Source of the DNA: an uncultured Chloroflexia bacterium
GTDB taxonomy: Bacteria > Chloroflexota > Dehalococcoidia > GIF9 > UBA5629
Assembly: GCA_963752975.1 (NCBI GenBank)
Contig: CAVWAG010000005.1
Coordinates: forward strand, 11,572-75,571
DNA: 64,000 bases
Direction of reading: 5' to 3'
A program made the translations under genes and the position numbers. Positions 1 through 9,876 of the stretch are shown here, in pieces. The number at the start of each line of letters is the position of its first letter. The first letter of the stretch is position 1. The notes under the pieces were generated by a model. It was not told where the DNA came from. It worked only from the letters and a program-made list of their open reading frames with translations, and did not search any database.

Positions 1-176
1 CGACTAATTAGTGCCTTGGGCTTCACTGTCAAACCAATTCTTGATATTACATGTAGTCGAGCGGTAAACAGTGGGATTTTCAAGATTGCCCAGTATAAGA
101 CCTTGTTATTATTTCGCTCAATAGAGGTTTTGGTGATCGCATGAAGCAGTTGCGTTCCAAACATCCTATCTCACAG

Positions 177-758
177 CTATCCTTGCAAGAAGAACACCTT
201 TGCCTGTTTCTGAATGATAATCCTAGCGGTGAAAAACAGCAGGATGAGTAAGCCGGCGATTTCGGGTAAGTAAAGGCGGGGTTCCTCGAGCAGGCTCTGA
301 ATCCAGCTTTGCACTATCCAGGCGAAGGTGATCCGGGGATAGGCCAGGAAGGCGCCGTATAAGAACCAGTAAAATGTGATAGTGTCGGCCCACATGGCAT
401 CCATGATGAAATGCGTGAGCACGCCAAAGGCGACGTAAATCCCACACATTGCGTACCTCAGTCGGTAGAGCATTACAGCAGCCAGCATGGCGAAGGACAG
501 GAAGATCAGCGTGTGCAGGAAGGTGCGTCCGTTTGCCAAAATGCCGGGCAGCAATATCAACCCCAGGGGCTTATCGATAATATCCGGCAGGAGGGAGCCT
601 AGCAGTATGAAGCGGTAATCGATGCGCAGGAGCCCACGGTCGGTGGGGCCGGCCTCACCATATACCTCAGGCCTATAATCTGTCTTCCGGCAATTGACCG
701 CATTCTCGATGGCGTAAGCAGCCCCTAGGGTGATGCCGCTGTGCGCCAGCAGGTACAT
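177..758 (-). CDS. membrane-bound metal-dependent hydrolase-like protein (DUF457/YdjM-like)
   Basis: 193-aa ORF with several hydrophobic helices. The N-terminal LAHSG and LPDIIDKP motifs resemble the YdjM/DUF457 family as I recall it; the family assignment is from memory only. Confidence 0.5.
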   Translation of the reverse strand: MYLLAHSGITLGAAYAIENAVNCRKTDYRPEVYGEAGPTDRGLLRIDYRFILLGSLLPDIIDKPLGLILLPGILANGRTFLHTLIFLSFAMLAAVMLYRLRYAMCGIYVAFGVLTHFIMDAMWADTITFYWFLYGAFLAYPRITFAWIVQSWIQSLLEEPRLYLPEIAGLLILLFFTARIIIQKQAKVFFLQG

Positions 759-867
759 TAATGCCTGTCCCTGCCTGTTTTCATGAAGATTATTATAGCT
801 TTTTCCGATGCCGCGGGCCCTGGGCGTAAGTACGCACCTGCGGCTTAGTATTTACCCCGTACCCGGC

Positions 868-896
868 TTGACGGCCTTTCTGCCTGCTTGTATTAT
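868..896 (+). promoter_or_regulatory. sigma70-type promoter candidate upstream of the MFS gene
   Basis: TTGACG (868..873), 17-nt spacer, TATTAT (891..896). A CCCCGG/CCGGGG hairpin and an AAGGAGG RBS follow. Confidence 0.4.
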
Positions 897-962
897 GGCC
901 ATTACCCCGGTAAGGGTCACCCGGGGAAATACCGGTAAAACTATTTGGTAAGGAGGTCATGC

Positions 963-2255
963 GTGGCAATAGAGTCGGGCGATTCTAAACAGTACAAAAC
1001 CGGCAAAGGGGCTTCAGTTTATATCATCATCATCTGTACCCTGCTTTATATGGTGAACTACATGGACCGGCAGGTGGTGGCGGCGGTGGTGGAACCGATG
1101 AAAGCCGCCCTGCACCTGAATGACGGCGACATCGGCGTACTGGGCACGGTATTCCTGCTCAGCATTGCGCTTTTTTCCTTTCCCGTGGCCTACCTGGTGG
1201 ATCGCTGGAGCAGGCGCAAGGCTATCGGCATCATGGCCCTCCTCTGGAGCGCCTTTACCTTCCTCACGGGCAAGGCAACGAGTTACTGGACGCTGCTGAT
1301 ACCGCGAAGCTTAGTCGGCGTGGGCGAGGCCGGTTTTTCGTCCGGCGGCACGGCCATGGTCGGCGCCGCCTATTCTTCTAAAGCGCGCGGCGCGGCTATG
1401 GGCGTTTTCAATATGTCCATCCCCCTCGGCGTGGCGCTGGGCTCCGTGCTCGGCGGCACCATTGCCAAGGCCAGCGGCTGGCAGGCCCCGTTCCTGGTAT
1501 TTGCCATACCGGGCATTGTCCTCGGCATACTGGCTTTCTTTATGAGGGATTACAAGACGGTTCAACATACCCATGAATCCGGGGACAAAGTCACCTTTTT
1601 CCAATCGCTTAAAAAGCTCTTCCGGATACCCTCATTAGTCTGGGTGCTGGTCGGCTACGGCCTGGCCAATATCATGTCCACCTCCTTCCTTTTCTGGACA
1701 CCGGCTTTCGTCGGCCGCGCCTGGGGCGTGGACGTTGCAGTGGCTAACACCGTTATGGTGCCCATCGTCCTGGCCGCTATCGTAGGCTCCCCCATAGGCG
1801 GCGTCCTGGCCGACGTCTGGTTCAAGAAAAACCCGCGCGGCAGGCTCTATATCCCCGCCATAACCATTATCCTCAGCGCTGTCTGCCTGGCCGGCGCCCT
1901 CTACTTCCAGATGAAAGGCATCGGCATGGCGCTGATCATCGCCTACGGCGTTCTCAACGTGATGGCACTGCCCTGCCTGAGCGCGATATCGCAGGACGTT
2001 GCCCCCGCAGCGCAAAAGGGGCTCGTCTGGGGCCTGATGGTCTTCTGCATGTATGTCTTCGGCGGAGGCTGGAGCCCTTACCTGGTAGGCGCTATCTCAG
2101 ACTCCCTGGGCCAGGGCGCGCAGGCCCTGGGCGCCGCCCTCACCATTGCATCGATCGGCGGCGTGCTGGGCGGTATATGCTACTTCATGGCCTCCAGGCC
2201 TTACCCCACCGATATGGAAAAGGTCAGGCATGAACAGTTGATGGCTGAAAAATAA
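963..2255 (+). CDS. MFS transporter
   Basis: ORF 945..2255. The likely start is GTG 963, 6 nt after AAGGAGG. About 12 hydrophobic segments; the N-terminal MVNYMDRQVV and DRWSRRK motifs are typical of MFS_1 proteins. Confidence 0.85.
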   Translation: MAIESGDSKQYKTGKGASVYIIIICTLLYMVNYMDRQVVAAVVEPMKAALHLNDGDIGVLGTVFLLSIALFSFPVAYLVDRWSRRKAIGIMALLWSAFTFLTGKATSYWTLLIPRSLVGVGEAGFSSGGTAMVGAAYSSKARGAAMGVFNMSIPLGVALGSVLGGTIAKASGWQAPFLVFAIPGIVLGILAFFMRDYKTVQHTHESGDKVTFFQSLKKLFRIPSLVWVLVGYGLANIMSTSFLFWTPAFVGRAWGVDVAVANTVMVPIVLAAIVGSPIGGVLADVWFKKNPRGRLYIPAITIILSAVCLAGALYFQMKGIGMALIIAYGVLNVMALPCLSAISQDVAPAAQKGLVWGLMVFCMYVFGGGWSPYLVGAISDSLGQGAQALGAALTIASIGGVLGGICYFMASRPYPTDMEKVRHEQLMAEK

Positions 2256-2266
2256 CCCCGGCGCGG

Positions 2267-2294
2267 TTGACAAAACCTGCGGATGACTTAAAAT
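2267..2294 (+). promoter_or_regulatory. sigma70-type promoter candidate upstream of the glycyl radical enzyme gene
   Basis: TTGACA (2267..2272), 16-nt spacer, TAAAAT (2289..2294), about 70 nt upstream of ATG 2364, which is preceded by a GGAGGG RBS. Confidence 0.45.
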
Positions 2295-2363
2295 TACATT
2301 TGCACCTTAACTTCACCCGCCAACAAGTATTAAGGAAGTATTAACCCATAGGAGGGCAGGATT

Positions 2364-4881
2364 ATGACAACCCAAAGCTGTGGAGTGCCAAGATACTCCA
2401 TTAAGGAACCCAAAAGCCTGTCGCCCCGCATTCAATGGCTGCGGGACTACTATTTCCGGGGCAACGACCGCAAGTGGAATAACGAGTTCGTCGGTTTCAC
2501 CACGGGAACGCCCTGGGATATCCAGTACCAGGAGGGGAATTACTACATCGTCCCCGAGACCTACACCTTCTTCCCCACCTTTACCGGCGCCTTCCAGCAG
2601 GCCTCCTTCAAGATTGAGCTTGCCGAGGGCTTCTGGGAGTGGAGCCTGCCCGAGCGCCAGGCCTGGTTCGTTAAGGAGGCCATGGTCTACTACCTGCCGC
2701 ACGAGGTGCTGCCCGGCGACCTGATCGCCGGCGGACGCTTTAATATACAGACCTCAAAATGCTTCACCGAAAAGGAAGCCGGCGAATATTCCAAAGCCGT
2801 TTACGGCAAGAAGGGCGCGCGCGCCGCTGAACTGTGGTTCCATAACCATGGATACGGCAACGCGGGCGCCACCAGCGGCCACCTGATACCCGATTACCCG
2901 CGCATACTGCGCGAGGGCTGGAAGAGCATACACGAGGAATTGAACGTCAAGCTGGCCTCGCTGTCCCAAAAGGAATACGGCGGCAAAAAGGGCGCGCAGA
3001 TCAAGGCCATGCTGGTGGCCGCCACCATGGCGCGCGATGTCGCCTTCGAGTACAGCAGCGTATGCGCCGACCTGGCCGCTAAAGAGCCCGACCCCGCCCG
3101 CAAAGCAGAGCTCACCAAAATGGCGGAAATGCTGCGCCATGTGCCCTGGGAGCCGGCGCGCAACTTCTGGGAGGCCCTGCAGTCGCTCTGGCTCACCCAC
3201 ATGCTGGTCATGAGCGAGGAGAACTACCCGGGGCCCGGCGTCTCCTTCGGCCGCGCCGACCAGTACCTGTATCCCTTCTGGAAAAAATCGCTCGATGAGG
3301 GCATGGACCGCGAATTCGGCAAAGAGCTGCTGAAGTGCTTCTGGATACACTGCAACTACGCCTACGACGCCATGATCCGCACCGGCGGCAACCAGGGCAT
3401 CACCGCCGGCTTCGGCCAGCTTATCACACTCTCCGGCATGGGCAAGGGCGGCGTCGACCTGAGCAACGACCTCACCTACGGCATGCTGGAAGTTATCGAT
3501 GAACTGACCCCGCTGCTGGAGCCCAAGCCCAATGTCCGCCTGCACCGCAACAGCCCCGATAAACTGCTGGACAAGGTGGTGGATATGGTCGCCTCCAGCC
3601 AGGGTTCCCCCTTCCTGCTCAATTTCGATGAACGCTCCATAGCCGGCATGCTCAGGGAAGCCAGGATGGCCGGCGTCGAGAAATTGATCAACGCCGATAA
3701 CGTCTTCGATTACGCGCCGGTGGGCTGCCTGGAGAATACCATGTGCGGCAACGACCGCTCCGGCACGGTGGATATCAACCTGAACCTGCTCAAAGCCGTG
3801 GAGCATGCGCTCACCGGCGGATACGATTTGATACCCTGGACGGACCCCATGACCGGCAAGCAGGAAAAGCTCAAGCCCTGGGGAGCCGCCACGGGGGACG
3901 CCACCAGGTTTAAGGCCTGGGATGAGTTCTGGAATGCCTATGCCGCTCAGACGCAGGCCATTATCCGCAGGGCCGCCGGGCTATACGACCGGACGGATAA
4001 AATCCGGGCCAAATATCTTCCGCACTCCCTACCTCTCCTGCATGGTCAGGGGCTGCATCGATAAGGCCCTGGATGTCAATGAGGGCGGGGCCGAGCTTAA
4101 CTTCGTCACTATAGAAGCCGTCACTTACGCCACTACGGTCGATTCCCTGCTGGCCGTCAAGAGCCTGGTCTTCGACAGAAAGGAATGCACCATGGCGGAG
4201 CTTATCACAGCGCTCAGGGACAACTGGAAAGGACACGAGGTGCTGCAGGCCAGGGCCCTCCACAAGACGCCTAAATACGGCAGGGACGATGACACGGCCG
4301 ATGACCTGGCCAAAAAGGTTATGGACCTCTGGACCGGCGAAACCTGGAAATATAAGACGTCCGTGACCGGCAAGCAGTACCGGCCCGGCATGCTCTCCTG
4401 GAACTACTGGGTGGGCGACGGGTACGTGCTGCCGGCCAGCCCCGACGGCCGCCCCAAGGGCAAATTCCTCTCCAACGCCATCTGCCCCTGCGACGGCGCC
4501 GATATCAACGGGCCGACAGCCAACGTTAACTCGGTGGGCAAGGTGATGGGCGGCAAAGATGCCGCCGGCCACGGCGACTGGGACGGTTACCTGAGCGTGC
4601 TGCCCAACGGGGCCAGCCATACCATGACTTTCAATCCCTCCCTGCTGCGCGACCCCGAGCATAAAGCCAAATTCACGGCGTTCCTGCGCAGCTATGCGGA
4701 GAACGGCGGCAGCGCCCTGCAGATAAACATGATAGACGCCGATATACTCAGAGACGCTCAAAAGAACCCCGACGCCTACCGGCACCTGCTGGTGCGCGTC
4801 ACCGGCTATAACGCATATTTCACCTCCATCGGCCGTGAGCTTCAGAACGAGATCATCGCCCGCGAAAGCCACAGGATGTAG
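2364..4881 (+). pseudogene. glycyl radical enzyme (PFL2/dehydratase-lyase type), frame interrupted near 4000-4025
   Basis: ORFs 2364..4064 and 3922..4881 overlap in different frames. Joined they give about 838 aa with thiyl loop PVGCLEN (Cys codon 3726..3728), the conserved (P)TPYLSCMVRGCIDKALDVNEGGAELNF segment right after the shift, and the C-terminal glycyl-radical motif RVTGYNAYF (Gly codon 4804..4806). Confidence 0.9.
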
Positions 4882-4890
4882 CCGGCGCGT

Positions 4891-5910
4891 ATGAAGATTG
4901 AACAGGCCCCGCTGCCGGCCGCAGGGGCGGAGGACGTACCGCGGCCCGGCGCCAGGGGCGATAAAGCGCTTATCCTGCACACGCAGAGGCTGTCCACCGA
5001 GGACGGCCCGGGGATACGTACGACGGTTTTCTTCAAGGGCTGCCCTCTGAGCTGCTCGTGGTGCCATAATCCCGAAAGCATCTCCGCCCGGCCCCAGATT
5101 CACTGGATGGAGGTGCGCTGCATCGGCTGCGGTATCTGCGTCAAGGCCTGCCCGCAGGGATGCCTGGTTAAAAAGCCGGAGGGCATTATCCGGGACCGGA
5201 CCGCCTGCCAGGCCTGCGGCAAATGCGCCGCGGAATGCCCGGCGGGCGCACAGGAAGTGCTGGGCAAAGAAACCGGCCTGGAGGAACTCCTCGCGGAGCT
5301 GTTGAAAGACAAGGTTTATTACGAGAAATCAGGGGGAGGGGTAACCCTGTCCGGCGGCGAACCGCTCATGCAGCCGGAATTCTGTGTGAATTTGTTGCGC
5401 AGGCTGAAAGAAAGCGGCGTCAGCACGGCGCTGGATACCTGCGGACTCTGTTCAAAGTCGGCCCTCGAACAGGCGCTGCCCTATACCGACCTGGTTTTAT
5501 TCGACCTTAAAGAGACCGACCCCGTTAATCACCGCCGGTGGACCGGGCAGGATAACCGCAGGATACTCGACAACCTGCTTTATACGCGTGATTTTATGGC
5601 TGCACACCCGGGTAAAGCGCTGTGGATACGTACCCCGCTGATACCGGGCGCCACGGCCGGCCGTGACAACATCGAAAGGATCGGGCATTTCATCCGCGAT
5701 AATCTGGGCAGCGTTGTGCAGCGCTGGGAGCTGTGCGCATTCAACAACCTGTGCCGCGATAAATACCGCCGGCTGGGTATGGACTGGGAATATGCCTCGA
5801 CGCCGCTGATGAGCAGGCAGGAGATGTCGGATTGCCAGGAGATCGCCAGGGGTTGCGGGCCGGACCCCGCTAAGACTTTCGTCACCGGCGCGGCGCGCGT
5901 AGAGAACTAA
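4891..5910 (+). CDS. glycyl-radical enzyme activating protein (radical SAM)
   Basis: Contains GPGIRTTVFFKGCPLSCSWCHNPE (CxxxCxxC) plus two ferredoxin-like clusters, CIGCGICVKACPQGC and CQACGKCAAECP. Lies directly downstream of the GRE. Confidence 0.9.
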   Translation: MKIEQAPLPAAGAEDVPRPGARGDKALILHTQRLSTEDGPGIRTTVFFKGCPLSCSWCHNPESISARPQIHWMEVRCIGCGICVKACPQGCLVKKPEGIIRDRTACQACGKCAAECPAGAQEVLGKETGLEELLAELLKDKVYYEKSGGGVTLSGGEPLMQPEFCVNLLRRLKESGVSTALDTCGLCSKSALEQALPYTDLVLFDLKETDPVNHRRWTGQDNRRILDNLLYTRDFMAAHPGKALWIRTPLIPGATAGRDNIERIGHFIRDNLGSVVQRWELCAFNNLCRDKYRRLGMDWEYASTPLMSRQEMSDCQEIARGCGPDPAKTFVTGAARVEN

Positions 5911-5928
5911 ATACTTGACAGGAGGCTA

Positions 5929-6789
5929 ATGATGCTGGAACAGACAAAGGTATTGAGGACTTTTTCCCAGGAGGATATCGAGAGCTTTAAGCCCGAGATG
6001 AAAATCGGCCTGCTGGCAACCGTGAATGCCGAAGGGCTGCCGCATATCACCATGATCTCCACGCTGCAGGCCAACTCTCCCACGGAGATGTTCTGGGGAC
6101 AGTTCGCCGAGGGCATGAGCAAGGCCAGCATCAGGAAAAATCCTAAAACCGGGTTCCTGATCATGACGCTGGATAAGAACCTGTGGCGGGGCAAAGCCTC
6201 CTTCTCACGCACGGCGAAGGAGGGCACGGAGTACGACCTGCTCAATAATGCGCCCATGTTCCGCTACAACGCCTACTTCGGCATCCACACGGTTTACTAT
6301 ATGGACCTGGTCGAACACGGCGGCAAGGAACCCCTGCCCATGGGCAGCGTTATCCAGGCCGCGGTCAAGACCATGGTCGCTAAAACGCTGGCCGGCAAAG
6401 GTAGCGGGAAGCCCGTGCTCAACCCGTTCACAAGCAGGCTGCTGGATAAGATGGATAACCTTAAATTCCTGTCCTTTATCGGGGCGGACGGCTTCCCGCT
6501 GATCATACCTGTTATCCAGGCGCAGACCGCCGGCTCCGACCGGGTCATTTTCTCCTCATCTGTTTACGGCAACGAACTCAAGGCCATCCCGCAGGGCACG
6601 GTTACCGCGCTGTTCGGGATGTCGTTCGAGATGCAGACGGTGCTGTTGAGAGGTACCTACAAGGGCGTCCGCAGCATCGGCGGATTTGAATGCGGCGAAA
6701 TGGAAGTCGACTGGGTTTACAGTCCCATGCCGCCCAAGGCGGAACAGGTTTACCCGCCGCAGAAGCTCGAGGCGGTCAGCACCTTTTAA
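5929..6789 (+). CDS. tandem pyridoxamine-5-phosphate-oxidase-like (split-barrel flavin-binding) protein
   Basis: 286 aa with AGGAGG RBS. The N-terminal half has IGLLATVNAEGLPHITMIS, typical of PNPOx-like domains, and the second half has similar length and architecture. Assignment is by motif memory. Confidence 0.5.
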   Translation: MMLEQTKVLRTFSQEDIESFKPEMKIGLLATVNAEGLPHITMISTLQANSPTEMFWGQFAEGMSKASIRKNPKTGFLIMTLDKNLWRGKASFSRTAKEGTEYDLLNNAPMFRYNAYFGIHTVYYMDLVEHGGKEPLPMGSVIQAAVKTMVAKTLAGKGSGKPVLNPFTSRLLDKMDNLKFLSFIGADGFPLIIPVIQAQTAGSDRVIFSSSVYGNELKAIPQGTVTALFGMSFEMQTVLLRGTYKGVRSIGGFECGEMEVDWVYSPMPPKAEQVYPPQKLEAVSTF

Positions 6790-6807
6790 TAGCCGCTAAT
6801 GCGGACA

Positions 6808-9767
6808 TCAATCGCCGTAGAACTTGAACTGGTTGCCGCCGTGACCTTTGGAGTAATACATTGCGGCATCCGATTTCTTGGTCAGTGTTTCCAGGTCCTC
6901 CGCGTCTTCGGGATAGATGGCTATACCAATGCTGATAGTCAGATGTAGCTGATGTCCGTGGATTGAGAATGGCTCTTTAAAGGAATCCAACATCTTTTGG
7001 GCTATGGCAGTGGCATCTTCCATATGTTTGGTCTCCAGCATCACCAGTATAAACTCGTCTCCGCCGACGCGGGCTACCGTATCGCTGGCCCGTATTATTC
7101 CCGTAAACCGCTTGCTGACAGCCTTAAGCACCTGGTCGCCTATATCGTGGCCGAGCGTATCATTGATTGATTTGAAGTCGTCCAGGTCCAACGACATAAA
7201 GGCAAGCCTGGCTTTGTTGCGGTGGGCCAGCGCTGCTACTATGTCGAAACGGTCCAGCAGCAATACCCTGTTGGGCAACCCCGTAAGGAAGTCATGTGTC
7301 GCCATTTCCTCGAGCTTTTGCTCCATCTGCTTGCGCTCGGTAACATCGCGCCCCACACCACGGAACCCGATGGGCCTGCCCTGCGCGTTCTTTATCAGGG
7401 AAATCGATATCTCAGCATATCCGGTAGAGCGATCTTTGCGAATGGCCTTAAAGGCAAAACCGGCGTACGGTTCTCCGGTCTTATATACCCTGTTATAGGC
7501 CTCAAAGATGGCTTTTACCTCTTCCTGGCCGGGTGCGATAATGCTGAAGTTGTGCCCGATCAATTCTTCCATGGTATAGCCAAGGTTGCGGCAGGTTGCA
7601 TCGTTAACGAAGGTGAAGTTGCCTGTCAGGTCTACTTCAATATATGAATCATGCATATTTTCCAATATAGTCCGGTATCTCTCCTCAGACAGGGCAAGCG
7701 CTTTCTCTGCCTTTTGCGCTCGCTAATGTCACGCGTCACTCCCAGCATGCCCACCGCCTTGCCAGCCCTATCCCTTATGAAGCTGGCCTTTGTCTCGGTC
7801 CAGTATGTCGAGCCATCCTTACGGATATACTCGGCTTCGATGATATCAAGGTTTTTCGGTTGTTCCCGACCCGCTTCCTCGTTTGCCATAGCCTCCATAA
7901 ATACTTTGCTGAGCTTCTCCAGCGACTCCGGGGTAAACCTCTGCTCCACGGTGAGGTTCATAGCTTCCTCGGGCGTATGTCCCTGCATGGCATAGATAGA
8001 CGGGCTGATATAAGTGGTATTCAGATTCATATCCGCTGTCCAGATAACATCGGATGCATTATCTGCAAGCAGGCGGTATTTCTCCTCGCTCTTACGTAAT
8101 GCCTCCTCACTTTTCTTGCGCTCGGTGATGTCAACACTCACCGCGAGTATGCTGTTGATCTCACCCTTCTCACCCAACAATGGCCGCTTTGTTGTATGGT
8201 AATAATGTACCTCACCTGAGTGCCAGGTAAAGCTCTCATCCGGGATAATCTTATCTTTACCCGACTGTAACACTTCGATATCGTCCTGCCGGTACCTGGC
8301 AAATTCTTCCGCTGGAACTCCAAGTTCCAAATCAGTTTTTCCTTGCATGTATGCAGGGGTAGTTCCGTAGGCATTAGCTAACGTGTTATTGGCAAGGAGA
8401 AACCTGTCATCCCTGTCTTTGACAAAAATTAAGTTGGGATTGCTATCTATAACCTGCCTGAGAAATGCTTGCTGGCGTTTCACCTCATCCTCGGCGCGCT
8501 TGCGATCGGTGATGTCCCTTGACACCCCCAGAATGCCGATAGGTTGACCATCTGTATCCCGCAGGAAAGAAACATTGATTTCAACCCAGACTGTCTGGCC
8601 ATCTTTACGGATATGCTCAAGTTCCAGCGTCCGCTTTCTAGACAAATCCTTGGGCTCCATGCTTTCTAAGGCAAATTCTTCCTCGAAGGCTTTCAACGCA
8701 ATCTCAAGAGAGGAGGGGGTAAAAATCTCCTCCACGGACTGGGACATAACTTCTTCAACGGTGTAGCCACGGATCGGCAAAACAGATGGACTCATATAGG
8801 TGAACTGCAAATTCATATCCATAGTCCAGATGATGTCTCTGGCATTCTCGGCGATCAAGCGATATTTCTCTTCGCTCTCACGCAGTGCCTGCTCTGCCTT
8901 CTTGCGCTCGGAAATATCCCTGATCACACCCACCAGGCCTATAACCTTGCCGTTATCGTCTTTCAGAGGTGACTCTTTGATCTCGGCGGCGACCCTTGAG
9001 CCGTCTTTCCTTAGAAACTCAACAGGATATGTTGGCTGTTTCAACCCCGTCTTGATAGCTGCCATTGTGCTGGCAATCGCTGCCTTGTTCACAGGGCTGT
9101 CAATGAGAAGGTCAGTCCACTTGATATTGTTATATTCATCAACCGTATAACCGAGTATATCTAAACAGCGCGGGCTTAAATAGAGTGGCTTGGCATCCAG
9201 GTCGAACATGTAAAACACATCGCCGCTGTGCTCAATTATGCTTTTAAATTTTGTCTCGCTCTCCCTCAGAGCTTCTTCCTTCTGCTTGCGTTCGGTGATA
9301 TCGGTCAGGAAAGTAAGCGTCGCGGGCTTGCCCTCCCAGTTTATGAGTGAGGTACTGATCTGTGCCCACTTAATGTTGCCTTTCTGATCAACCAGACGGA
9401 TGGGGTAGGTCTCTTCGAATTGCTCGCCCTTCAGCCTCCTCAAATAATTATCCGTAACAATTTCCGCGTCATCAGGATGGATAAAATCCATAAAAGCCCT
9501 GGGGGCTACCTGGTCACGGGGATGGTCGATGATTGCATAAGCGCGGGGATTAGCAAAAACGATTCCCCCGTCCTGGATTACAATAATCCCCTCAAAGGCT
9601 TTCTCAACCAGCGTACGGTACCTGTCCTCGCTTTTTGGCAGCACCTCCGCGGCCTGCTTTTTGGGTGCAGAAGTATTAGCGGCGGCGCCGGCGGCTTTCT
9701 TCTTCGTCTCAGGCCCCGGTTTTCGGCTCTTGATTTCTTTATCTTCCTGATTCTTTTTAGCTGCCAT
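6808..9767 (-). pseudogene. six-PAS diguanylate cyclase (GGDEF), single frameshift at a T4/A4 run
   Basis: ORFs 7632..9767 and 6808..7665. Adding one base at the run 7712..7715 gives continuous ...DISERKKAEKALALSEERYRTILENMHDSYIEVDL.... The C-terminus carries RVGGDEFILV (GGDEF). PAS units are delimited by repeated DITERK.AE linkers. Confidence 0.85.
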
Positions 9768-9876
9768 TAGCCAGCCTCCAACAAATGTTGTCGCGCCTGC
9801 GGGCGCACGTCCGCCAGTCCGGTAATGTCCTCCATGGCGGGGAGGATACTATTTGCCCCCGGGCAGTACCTGGATA

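Noticed and set aside
2754-5103. Long antisense ORFs 2754..3806 (350 aa), 3961..5103 (380 aa) and smaller ones opposite the GRE and activase genes
   Set aside because: They lie opposite frames with unmistakable GRE and radical-SAM motifs. Their translations are low-complexity (A/G/V/H/R-rich) with no recognisable motif, as expected for shadow ORFs in GC-rich coding DNA.
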